DNA of 64,000 nucleotides from an uncultured Bdellovibrionales bacterium (lineage in GTDB: Bacteria; Bdellovibrionota_C; UBA2361; JBGSMV01). Where the stretch lies: the NCBI GenBank assembly GCA_964631745.1, contig CAZVWV010000002.1:999-64998 (forward strand), read 5' to 3'. Made by a program: the position numbers and the translations under genes. Shown here piece after piece: positions 35,629 through 44,487 of this stretch (positions within the stretch are counted from its first letter, which is position 1; each line of letters begins with the position of its first letter). The notes under the pieces were generated by a model. The model searched no databases. It had not been told where the DNA came from and was given only the letters and a program-made list of their open reading frames with translations.

Positions 35629-36846
35629 ATGAAAGGTGGTATGGCCCCGTTAGGGTGCCCTAAATCGATTATGATTTTAGACGAAGATCTATTAAAGCGC
35701 AGACGGGCACAGGGAAAAGCTCCTGACGGTGAGGATTTTGAACCGGAGCACATTGGCGCGATTCCTGAGGAGTCGGATGACCCATTCCGATCTTTTGACG
35801 CTTTCGGTCGAGCTGCAAAGCGTCTGTTCGAGGAGCTTGCAGGCAAAGCCCGTGACCCCAATTTAAATCCGAAATTTACTAAGTTTAATTCGGGCGAAAC
35901 TGAGCGAGCAGAAAGTACTTCGGATGCTGCTCGCACCGCTCCCGACGATAGAGTTGCGGAGGAGTATTTCTTTCTTGTCGGGATGGCCACGGGCGAAAGC
36001 GAGAAGCGTCCTCCTTATATTTTGCCGCCACTTAGGGGACCTGAGACGGACGCTGAACCCAGCATCACTCAGAGCGAGGATGAGGAGGATTTACGAAGAG
36101 CTCGTCTCAGCACTCGCGAGCCATTGCAGACAACGATCGAAGTCTCGGAGCAGCGTTTACCGCGACCTGATGAGGGCGCGGAAATTTTACAAGCAGATCG
36201 GTTTGGACAGATTACAGAGCATGCTGTTGATGACTCCCAGTTCCTACGGGCCTCCCTGTCCGCATCAGACGAACCTCGAATACCAGTAGGAAGGATCGTG
36301 CCGCTCTTTTTAGAAGCCGAAGGATCGATCTTAAAGCCCAATGTCGAGCGCGGCCGCGCCCGCATATTAAGTCAGGCTTCGTTGCCCGTAGATGACCATG
36401 TCTTGGGCGCACTGGAACAGGCCCAGAGCTTATTGGCACAACTGCCGCCGATTCCAAACCTCGCAGATATTCCAGCTAACCCCGCGGGGATAGCGCAGAC
36501 GACAGGGCACCCACCGGGCAATCTCCAATCAGGTAATGACTGGAGTGAAGATTTTGGGAGCGTTGATTTTAACTCCCCATCACAACCCGCCCAGGAATTA
36601 GAGGCAGCGCGCGCCGCCATGAAATTAGTAGCTGCCTCATCCTTGGCCACGGCCCATGCCGCACGGGGTCCACTCGAAGATCATTCTAGGCGACTCGCCA
36701 TAGTCGGAGCCGCTTTGGCCGCCGACCCGGAAGAGCTTGACTCTGCGCCCTTTTTAGACGGCGTGAGACGGGCACAGGCTGCTGTGGCGGAAAGGGTCAG
36801 ACTGCTGAATCTGAACGAGCACGAGCTTGCTCTCAGAGCGGCTTAG
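35629..36846 (+). CDS. Hypothetical acidic, Ala/Glu/Asp/Pro-rich low-complexity protein (405 aa) in a locally GC-rich patch
   Basis: A long ORF with no recognisable domain. The region has higher GC than its surroundings, which explains the several antisense ORFs in the track. Confidence 0.4.
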   Translation: MKGGMAPLGCPKSIMILDEDLLKRRRAQGKAPDGEDFEPEHIGAIPEESDDPFRSFDAFGRAAKRLFEELAGKARDPNLNPKFTKFNSGETERAESTSDAARTAPDDRVAEEYFFLVGMATGESEKRPPYILPPLRGPETDAEPSITQSEDEEDLRRARLSTREPLQTTIEVSEQRLPRPDEGAEILQADRFGQITEHAVDDSQFLRASLSASDEPRIPVGRIVPLFLEAEGSILKPNVERGRARILSQASLPVDDHVLGALEQAQSLLAQLPPIPNLADIPANPAGIAQTTGHPPGNLQSGNDWSEDFGSVDFNSPSQPAQELEAARAAMKLVAASSLATAHAARGPLEDHSRRLAIVGAALAADPEELDSAPFLDGVRRAQAAVAERVRLLNLNEHELALRAA

Positions 36847-37227
36847 ATTGCAGGTGTGATTCAGAGAGGGCTGCTCCTGGTCTCAAGAGATACAACTCTT
36901 AGCGGCATACCCCGCTTGGAAGATAGGAACGTGAATCCTTCTGAACGTCACCGATCTCTCGAAACTCCCTCGTCGACCGCAACCAACCTGCCATCATTAA
37001 CCTTATAAAGCCGCATGGACTGATTCACGCTTCTGGCCGGTCCGAAATATACACGCATGCGGTCTGCGATGGATCCGGTTTTGTTGGATTCAACGGCGGC
37101 TGCCACATACATTAAGCCCTGATAGCCCAGTGCAACTATGCTTGCGTCCCAAGCCTCCTCTCCATATAGCTCTCGGTATCTTGTGAGAATCGGTGACTCG
37201 GCTGGCGGTAGCCAAGGTACGTAAACT

Positions 37228-37509
37228 CTAAGCCGCCTTGGATGTAACCACTCGATAGTCGTACCCTAAAGACACTAGAATATTGAAGATCACATCGAAA
37301 GTGATATTAGCAGTTCCAATTCCTGACTCAATCTGAGCAATTCTTGCCTGACTTACCCCAAGTTTTCTTGCGACCATGACTTGCGAAATCTTCTTGGCTT
37401 TTCGAATCTTTTTAATCATGCCGATTAGACGCTGTTTCTCCCTAATCTCGGATATATCGGCACCAAGCGACTTTGCTAATTGTTCCACTGTAACTTCTTT
37501 CCAAGGCAT
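37228..37509 (-). CDS. HTH-XRE family antitoxin (HigA-like)
   Basis: 93 aa. KISQVMVARKLGVSQARIAQIESG HTH. Immediately downstream (2-nt gap) of the Gp49-like toxin gene. Confidence 0.7.
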   Translation of the reverse strand: MPWKEVTVEQLAKSLGADISEIREKQRLIGMIKKIRKAKKISQVMVARKLGVSQARIAQIESGIGTANITFDVIFNILVSLGYDYRVVTSKAA

Positions 37510-37510
37510 A

Positions 37511-37843
37511 CTATATCTCTCGAATTCGTTTTAAAATTAATTTCATTTCTTTCTGTGGGATCTCCTGCGTCTTTTTCCGAAAAGCATGGATCAAATAAAT
37601 TGCCTCTGCACGCTTGATAAAATAAATAACTCGAACTTGCCCACCCTTGTCCCCGAATCGTAGCTCATGCAGTCCACGCGCTATATTTGAAAGGTTACGA
37701 CTCAATGGCATACTAAGATTTTGCCCAGATTCAAGAAGAGCGACAGCGTCTGCGACTTCAAGTTGTGTGGCCGCTGGCAACTCCAATAGAAATTCTTCAA
37801 CTGGACTTCGTCCACTTGATTTCTTGAAATATCGAACCTTCAC
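37511..37843 (-). CDS. RelE/ParE-superfamily toxin, Gp49/HigB-like (DUF891)
   Basis: 110 aa. GLHELRFGDKGGQVRVIYFIKRAEAIYLIHAFRKKTQEIPQKE matches the Gp49-like family core (l.ELR......yRvlYf......iyLLhaF.KKtqk.P..e). Confidence 0.7.
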   Translation of the reverse strand: MKVRYFKKSSGRSPVEEFLLELPAATQLEVADAVALLESGQNLSMPLSRNLSNIARGLHELRFGDKGGQVRVIYFIKRAEAIYLIHAFRKKTQEIPQKEMKLILKRIREI

Positions 37844-37852
37844 TTTAAAAAT

Positions 37853-37885
37853 ATAAGCTTCAACTTATAATAAGTCAAGGCTTAT
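37853..37885. promoter_or_regulatory. Two tandem inverted-repeat operators ATAAG-N6-CTTAT in the promoter of the HigB-like/HTH operon
   Basis: ATAAGcttcaaCTTAT at 37853..37868 and ATAAGtcaaggCTTAT at 37870..37885, 10-40 bp upstream of the toxin start. Confidence 0.45.
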
Positions 37886-37969
37886 TATATGGACGGGAGA
37901 CGTCCTATAACATGGCGACCCGGGCCCAGATAATCAGCCAAACCTCACAGGCGCTAAGCCGACGAAATA

Positions 37970-38905
37970 TTGCAAACAACCCCAAAGGCTGCTAAAAAGA
38001 GCTGTATGTGTGCAAATATATACAAGCTATTTAAGCATTTAACACCAAAAGCCATCCCGGCACTTTTCATTCTCTGCGCGATTTTTAGCTCAGCCTCTGC
38101 CGGATTTGCCTGCCCGAAGATCTCTGACATGCCTGACTTCAACTGCGATCAGACTGTGCATTTTGTCTTGCTCGGGGACAGCCTGGCCTATGGCTTTGGG
38201 GATACCAAAAACGGTGACCAAGGCGGATACGCTTTGCGCGCTCAGGCTAAATTTCCAAACCTGACTATTTCTAATCTGGGCGAGCCCGGGCTTCGTACCC
38301 TTCAGCTCATTTTGAAGATTCAGCGCGCCTTTAAGAGGAATTCGCATTCTCCGTTCAAAGAGGCACTTTTAAGCGCTGATGTTGTTTTTCTGGATCTAGG
38401 GCGCAACGACCGCTGGTTATTCGGAGAGCCGTTAGAAGCTTATAGAAATCTAAAACGTATCGCTTCCATGATCAAAAGCAGCGTGCAGAAAGCCGGCGGC
38501 GTTTCTCCTTTGGTCGTGAAAGCTGTGCTAATGTTACCTAATCGCGGCTCGCAGGGACCTTGGGTGGCGGCTTTGAATGATCTGATAAAGGCCTCAAATT
38601 CTCTGAACTTCCCGGCAGATCTTCGTTTCGATACGGTCAGCAAGCGCTTATTATCTTTTGATCAAATTCACCCAACCTCTAAAGGTTACGCCGCCCTCGC
38701 AAGCGTGTTTATCAAATATATTAAGAAGAGTTTGCCAGGAAAAATTACTGCCTTGCGTCCTGACTTAGATTCAGACGGAGTTTACGATCTCTTCGAGACA
38801 TCCAAATATTTTACCGACCCTACTCTTTTGGATAGTGATGGGGACGGAGTGAGCGATGGCGATGAGCTTTTTGTGTTTAATTCAGATCCTTTAAGCGTGT
38901 CTTAA
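37970..38905 (+). CDS. Secreted SGNH/GDSL-family hydrolase with C-terminal thrombospondin type-3 (calcium-binding) repeats
   Basis: GDSL block VLLGDSLAYGFG, catalytic DQIHPTSKGY (DxxH), and TSP3-like DLDSDGVYD / DSDGDGVSDGDE repeats. An N-terminal signal-like hydrophobic segment; the true start is uncertain. Confidence 0.65.
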   Translation: MQTTPKAAKKSCMCANIYKLFKHLTPKAIPALFILCAIFSSASAGFACPKISDMPDFNCDQTVHFVLLGDSLAYGFGDTKNGDQGGYALRAQAKFPNLTISNLGEPGLRTLQLILKIQRAFKRNSHSPFKEALLSADVVFLDLGRNDRWLFGEPLEAYRNLKRIASMIKSSVQKAGGVSPLVVKAVLMLPNRGSQGPWVAALNDLIKASNSLNFPADLRFDTVSKRLLSFDQIHPTSKGYAALASVFIKYIKKSLPGKITALRPDLDSDGVYDLFETSKYFTDPTLLDSDGDGVSDGDELFVFNSDPLSVS

Positions 38906-38935
38906 CAACCTCAGAGCCCTTGGACCGGACTGCCT

Positions 38936-39712
38936 TCAGGTTAACACCTCATGTCCGCTATCTGTAACCAAGACCGTGTGCTCCCACTGCGCCGATAATT
39001 TTCCATCAGCAGTTCGTACGGTCCAACTATCAACTTTCGACAAAACCGTCTTGTGGGTTCCTGCGTTGATCATCGGTTCCACAGTAAAGGTCATGCCGGG
39101 TTTCATTTTTTCAGCGGTGCCTCGTCTGCCCACATGAATTACTTGCGGGGGCTCATGAAAATTTCTACCTAACCCATGGCCCGTATACTCCCGCACGATT
39201 CCATACCCCTTCCCTAAGCCCTCAATAAATTCCGATATGGCCGCCCCGATATCCCCAATATGTTTGCCAGGACTGACTTCACCGATGCCAACGTGCAGTG
39301 CTTGCAAAGTATCATCAACTAGCTCCTGCGCCTCTTTTGAGCAGGCTTCCCGCCCACCCACAAAATACATGCGGCTTGAATCCCCATGGAAGCCGTTCTT
39401 AATAGATGTCACATCAACATTAATAATGTCACCGGCCTTCAAAATCACATAAGGACTCGGCACTCCGTGGCAGATAACATCATTAACGGAGGTGCAAACT
39501 GATTTTGGATACCCTCTATAGTTCAAAGTGGCAGGCGTTGCGCCATGCTCAAGGGTTAAGCGATGCACCATTGTGTTGATCTCTTCTGTGCTGACACCCG
39601 GTTTTACGAAATTTTGCATAGCATCGAGAATGGCAGAGGTAACGCGACAGGCCTCTCGCATCAACGCGATTTCTTCTTCGGTTTTTATCGGGATTTTAAC
39701 CATTCGCTCCAA
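38936..39712 (-). CDS. map: Methionine aminopeptidase type I
   Basis: 258 aa with the metal-ligand context (D..V..DV..I.NG.HGD...EH.V). Pita-bread fold signature. Confidence 0.9.
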   Translation of the reverse strand: MERMVKIPIKTEEEIALMREACRVTSAILDAMQNFVKPGVSTEEINTMVHRLTLEHGATPATLNYRGYPKSVCTSVNDVICHGVPSPYVILKAGDIINVDVTSIKNGFHGDSSRMYFVGGREACSKEAQELVDDTLQALHVGIGEVSPGKHIGDIGAAISEFIEGLGKGYGIVREYTGHGLGRNFHEPPQVIHVGRRGTAEKMKPGMTFTVEPMINAGTHKTVLSKVDSWTVRTADGKLSAQWEHTVLVTDSGHEVLT

Positions 39713-39833
39713 CTATACGCCTCAAGTGACAGCCATTTCACACACAGCACAGTTTCACAGCACAGTTTCAAATTGTAGCTGGCAGGCGCGAAGTGTGTCA
39801 ATTGACCCGACTCAATGCTATCCTCGCTCACCT

Positions 39834-40487
39834 ATGTTTCAATCGCCCTTTCCACTTGAGGTAGCCTTCGAATGCGTGAAAGTTGAGTTGGCCGACAAAC
39901 GACTCGCCCAACCGGCTCACTCCACAGCTCCGTCCAGTGGAAAACGAGCCCGGGAATATCAAGCTGGCCGGAAAGCCGCTAAACTTGCATTGACTAAGCT
40001 CGGGCAGGCTTTCGCTACCGATCTCACTAGTGCACCCGATGGCGCGCCACTTTGGCCAAATGGGATATGTGGTTCAATCTCACATTCAAAAGGCTTGGCT
40101 GTGGCTGCGGCAACTTATCAACAAAACTATCTCTCGCTTGGACTGGATCTGCAGGAACTTCGAGCGCTGCGCATGCCACTCGCGTTTGCTGAAAGGATCT
40201 GCACCAAAAACGAACTTGCGAATCTAAGTCATCTCGGAAAATTGCTCGATGAACAACTACTAAGAATTTTCTCGGTCAAGGAAGCCCTTTATAAAGCTTT
40301 ATCCAAATACAGCGCCAAGCGGCTCTTATTTAAAGATGCAGAAGTATGCTTTAATGGCGCCGCTGTGCACGCGGAAGTTCTGGGCTTCAACGACCCTATT
40401 TCGGTCCGGCAGATTCGATCACAGGGATTTATTCTCTCCGGGGTACTTCTGAAGCAGTTGGCCAACTCGGCGCAATGTGATAACTAA
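39834..40487 (+). CDS. 4'-phosphopantetheinyl transferase (Sfp/EntD type)
   Basis: [13 protein letters not shown] and [12 protein letters not shown] motifs. Start moved to the ATG at 39834; the track ORF from 39528 overlaps map. Confidence 0.75.
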   Translation: MFQSPFPLEVAFECVKVELADKRLAQPAHSTAPSSGKRAREYQAGRKAAKLALTKLGQAFATDLTSAPDGAPLWPNGICGSISHSKGLAVAAATYQQNYLSLGLDLQELRALRMPLAFAERICTKNELANLSHLGKLLDEQLLRIFSVKEALYKALSKYSAKRLLFKDAEVCFNGAAVHAEVLGFNDPISVRQIRSQGFILSGVLLKQLANSAQCDN

Positions 40488-40492
40488 AGCAT

Positions 40493-42148
40493 ATGTCATT
40501 AGGCACAAAAGTTAACCTCAGCGCTCCCGAGTATATTGAAAATGCGCGCGCTTTTAATAAGCATATTGAAGCGCTTAACCTTCATTTAAAAAGTGCGCTT
40601 GCGCCACTCGATGACGATCAGATTGCGCGACACAAAGAGCGCGGAAAACTGCACGCACGTGAACGGGTCGATCGCCTACTGGATCCAGGCTCGCCCTTTT
40701 TAGAGATCGGAGCGCTCGCTGGCTTAAATGTGTACGAGGGCGTGCGTGCTGGGGCTGGCATGATCTGTGGCATCGGCCGTATTTCTGGCCGGGAGTGCAT
40801 GCTGGTTGCAAATGACGCTACTGTTAAAGGTGGCTCGTACTTCCCGTTAACTGTTAAGAAGCATCTGCGCGCTCAGGAGATCGCTCTGGAAAATCGACTT
40901 GCTTGCCTCTATCTGGTCGATTCCGGCGGCGCTTATTTGCCAATGCAAGATCAAGTCTTCCCCGACAGAGAACATTTCGGTCGCATATTTTACAATCAGG
41001 CCCGCATGAGTGCGGCAGGCATTCCTCAAATTGCTGTTGTTATGGGATCATGTACAGCGGGCGGAGCATATGTGCCAGCCATGAGCGATGAAGCTATTAT
41101 TGTGCGCAATCAAGGAACTATCTTTCTTGGTGGTCCGCCCTTGGTAAAGGCTGCCACCGGTGAAGAGATTTCGGCAGAGGAGCTTGGCGGCGGCGATGTT
41201 CACACAAAGCTTAGCGGCGTAGCCGATCATTTGGCGGAAGATGATCTGGATGCCATTCGAATTGCTAGAAGAATCGTGAGCACGCTTGGAGTTCACAAAA
41301 AGGCTGCTCTCGACCAGCTAACTAGCCGCCCGCCCCTCTATCCCGCCCAAGAGATTTACGGATTGGTACCTTCCGACCACAAGAAATACTTCCCGATTCG
41401 AGAGATTCTAGCGCGCATTCTTGATGCTAGCGAGCTGGATGAGTTTAAGCAAAATTATGGCACGACCATGATCTGCGGCTTTGCGCGCATCAATGGCTAT
41501 CTCGTTGGAATCTTGGCAAACGACGGAATCCTGTTCTCTGAGAGCGCCTTAAAGGCCACCCACTTCATTCAACTCTGCAACCAACGCAATATCCCCTTGG
41601 TATTTTTTCAAAACATCACTGGCTTTATGGTTGGCAAAGATTATGAACGACGCGGTATAGCCAAAGATGGCGCCAAACTCGTAACCGCAGTGTCATGCTC
41701 TCGGGTTCCAAAATTCACCGTTGTAATGGGCGGATCTTTTGGTGCCGGTAACTATGGTATGTGTGGCCGTGCTTACCAACCTCGATTTCTTTTCATGTGG
41801 CCAAACGCTCGCATCTCAGTCATGGGTCCAGAACAAGCCGCACAGGTATTAACACAGGTGCGTGTCGATTCTTCAGCTTCGCGCGGCAAGAAAATCCCCG
41901 AGGCCGAGATTAATAAATACCGGGATGATATTTTGGCCCAATACAACTCTCAAGCTAGCGCTTTCTATGCAACCGCTCGGGTCTGGGATGACGGAATTAT
42001 AGATCCGGTGCAAACCCGCACGGCGCTGGCGCTCTCGATCGCCGCAAGCGCCAACTCGGATTGGACCGATGCGCACAGTTCCTCAGGGGATAGGGCCCCA
42101 GGGAGCGCCATGCAGAATCGTCCCCATTACGGAGTTTTTCGCACCTAA
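40493..42148 (+). CDS. Acyl-CoA carboxylase carboxyltransferase (beta) subunit, 3-methylcrotonyl-CoA carboxylase-like
   Basis: 551 aa with two crotonase-like carboxyltransferase halves. The length and N-terminus are typical of MCCase beta. Confidence 0.85.
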   Translation: MSLGTKVNLSAPEYIENARAFNKHIEALNLHLKSALAPLDDDQIARHKERGKLHARERVDRLLDPGSPFLEIGALAGLNVYEGVRAGAGMICGIGRISGRECMLVANDATVKGGSYFPLTVKKHLRAQEIALENRLACLYLVDSGGAYLPMQDQVFPDREHFGRIFYNQARMSAAGIPQIAVVMGSCTAGGAYVPAMSDEAIIVRNQGTIFLGGPPLVKAATGEEISAEELGGGDVHTKLSGVADHLAEDDLDAIRIARRIVSTLGVHKKAALDQLTSRPPLYPAQEIYGLVPSDHKKYFPIREILARILDASELDEFKQNYGTTMICGFARINGYLVGILANDGILFSESALKATHFIQLCNQRNIPLVFFQNITGFMVGKDYERRGIAKDGAKLVTAVSCSRVPKFTVVMGGSFGAGNYGMCGRAYQPRFLFMWPNARISVMGPEQAAQVLTQVRVDSSASRGKKIPEAEINKYRDDILAQYNSQASAFYATARVWDDGIIDPVQTRTALALSIAASANSDWTDAHSSSGDRAPGSAMQNRPHYGVFRT

Positions 42149-44136
42149 TGTTTAATAAAGTATTGGTCGCTAACCGGGGCGAGATTGCGCTTCGGATCAT
42201 TAGAAGCTGTAAGAAGCTTGGGATAAGATCTGTAGCCGTTTACTCTGAAGCCGATGCTAGGAGTCTGCATGTAAAGACTGCGGACGAGGCTTACTTGCTT
42301 GGTCCCTCAGAAGCCAAGGACTCTTACCTTAATATCGCCAAGATAATTGAAATCGCATCGGCTCATCAGGTTGCGGCCATACATCCGGGCTACGGATTTC
42401 TGGCGGAAAATGCCGAGTTTGCCGAGGCCTGCAAAAGTGCTGGCATAATATTTATCGGCCCGACTCCAGAAACCATCCGATTAATGGGAGATAAGTTACA
42501 GGCTAAAAAACTCGCTCATGAGTTAAAGATTAGACTCGTTCCTGGGATCACCTTAGAAAGCGCCGGAATGGAGATTGCAACTTCTCAAGCCAAACTTAAA
42601 TCATTTGCCCAAGAAGCCGGCTATCCACTGATTCTTAAAGCCGCTGCAGGCGGAGGCGGACGCGGAATGCGGCGAATTTTTAACGAGGCTGACATTGAGC
42701 ATTCTCTATTGGGTGCCTCCAGAGAGGCTCAAGCTTTCTTTTCAGATGGTCGCATCTTTGTAGAAAAACTAGTTCAGAAAGCGCGCCACATTGAGGTGCA
42801 GATTTTTGGAGATAAATTTGGCGCTGTGCGCCATCTTTATGACCGCGATTGCAGCATGCAACGCAACCATCAAAAGGTGCTTGAAGAAGCTCCGGCTCCG
42901 AACATCAGCGATAAGACACGCGCGAATCTTTACAAGGCCGCTCTCAGTTTAGCCAAAGCTTCGAAATATGAAGGCGCAGGCACAGTTGAGTTCCTACTAG
43001 ATGCCGACGAAAATTTTTACTTTCTGGAAGTTAATAGCCGCCTTCAAGTTGAACACCCTGTAACGGAAGAGCTCACCGGCCTCGATCTTGTAGAGCTGCA
43101 ACTGAAAATAGCGGCGGGCGAGAAACTTGAGAACTTGATTCCGGAGCTGCCAACTAATCCAGGCAAAACCTCAGCCATCGAACTCAGAGTATGCTCTGAA
43201 TCACCCCACCAGGATTTTGTAGCCTCGACCGGAACGATTTCGTGCCTGAAGTTCCCTTCTTTATCAGGAGTGCGCCTGGAAAGCGGTGTGGAGGCAGAGG
43301 ATACAGTCACTCACTATTACGATTCCTTGTTAGCAAAGATCGTGGTGCGCGCTGACTCGCGCAAGGAGGCGATTGAGTTGGCACGGCAGGCTCTTAATCA
43401 GACCACTATCTTCGGTGTTTCGACGAACCTCTCTTTATTACACTTATTGCTGGAAGATTCGGCCTTTGCCAACGCTGCTCATAATACAGACCGCTTACCT
43501 GAGATTCTTCAGGGCGGAAAAGCCTTTCAGAGCCAGATAGCTTGCGCGGCTTTTGCTCTTGCGGTTTGGAATATGCACCCGGAATTCAATAACCCCTGGG
43601 CCAGCGCCTTCGGTTTTCGCTTAGATGGTAAGAGAAAGCATTCCTCTTCGTTTGAATTTAAATTGGGTGATTTGCAAATTGAAGGTGTAGTCGAGTTCGA
43701 CGATAGCCTAATTTGCGCCCAAGTATTGGATCAAAACTTTCGAACAGAAATTGCCGCCAATTTCCGAAACGGGACAATTGAGATCAACGGTAAAAAAGTT
43801 AAAATTGACGTGGCCTCGTACGCATTCCACGCCTGGATCTCGACCGATCAGGGATGCTTTAAGTTTGATTATCCTACCAGACGACTAAGAGAACATCAGT
43901 CCGACATGGGCTCGCATTCAAACGAGATCGTTTCCGCACTGCCCGGCAAAGTGATCGCGTTAAAGGTTGAAACGGGCTCCAGCATCTCAGCCGGAGATGC
44001 CTTGGTCGTAATAGAGTCCATGAAGATGGAACATATCCTGAAAGCGCCCGCGGACGGGATGGTCGACGAACTATGCTGCACCCCTGGCCAGGTAATCGAG
44101 GCGGGGCAGATTTTGGCGAAACTCAAGTTTTCATGA
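42148..44136 (+). CDS. Acyl-CoA carboxylase alpha subunit (biotin carboxylase plus BCCP), methylcrotonyl-CoA carboxylase-like
   Basis: [21 protein letters not shown] biotin-carboxylase N-terminus, an ATP-grasp core, and the C-terminal biotinylation motif ESMKMEH. Confidence 0.85.
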   Translation: MFNKVLVANRGEIALRIIRSCKKLGIRSVAVYSEADARSLHVKTADEAYLLGPSEAKDSYLNIAKIIEIASAHQVAAIHPGYGFLAENAEFAEACKSAGIIFIGPTPETIRLMGDKLQAKKLAHELKIRLVPGITLESAGMEIATSQAKLKSFAQEAGYPLILKAAAGGGGRGMRRIFNEADIEHSLLGASREAQAFFSDGRIFVEKLVQKARHIEVQIFGDKFGAVRHLYDRDCSMQRNHQKVLEEAPAPNISDKTRANLYKAALSLAKASKYEGAGTVEFLLDADENFYFLEVNSRLQVEHPVTEELTGLDLVELQLKIAAGEKLENLIPELPTNPGKTSAIELRVCSESPHQDFVASTGTISCLKFPSLSGVRLESGVEAEDTVTHYYDSLLAKIVVRADSRKEAIELARQALNQTTIFGVSTNLSLLHLLLEDSAFANAAHNTDRLPEILQGGKAFQSQIACAAFALAVWNMHPEFNNPWASAFGFRLDGKRKHSSSFEFKLGDLQIEGVVEFDDSLICAQVLDQNFRTEIAANFRNGTIEINGKKVKIDVASYAFHAWISTDQGCFKFDYPTRRLREHQSDMGSHSNEIVSALPGKVIALKVETGSSISAGDALVVIESMKMEHILKAPADGMVDELCCTPGQVIEAGQILAKLKFS

Positions 44137-44487
44137 GGCTCCACAACACTCCGGATTATTCGGGGGCCCCGCTGCGCATGGTCTCCGAGCTAAAGCGCGC
44201 CCCACCTGCTCGCACCGGCTGCTGCCTATCGGCCTAAGAATTTGTGCCGCTACGTGGCACCGGCCGACGAGTCGTCGGCGCTCCATAATATCCCTACTCT
44301 GCGCCGCGTTTGTAATTTACCCGGGGTTTTTAAGCAGCTACCAAAATACAACATAAGTATTTAATATTACTCTCTTTATTACCTATTGAGCTGTGCCTCC
44401 AAACCTCCGAAATATCTAAGTGACGGGAACTGCTAAGGATCTCCCACACAAAGGACTAAAATTGCTGCGCATTTTTTTGCGACGACG

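Noticed and set aside
36069-36650. Three overlapping minus-strand ORFs (36069..36365, 36212..36457, 36372..36650)
   Set aside because: They are antisense to the long 35629..36846 ORF in a GC-rich patch and are Arg/Ala/Ser-rich. They are almost certainly artefacts of composition.
44262-44279. Perfect palindrome GCCGACGA-G-TCGTCGGC downstream of the carboxylase alpha subunit
   Set aside because: It could be a terminator stem but has no following T-tract. It lies 125 nt past the stop. It is left as unassigned secondary structure.
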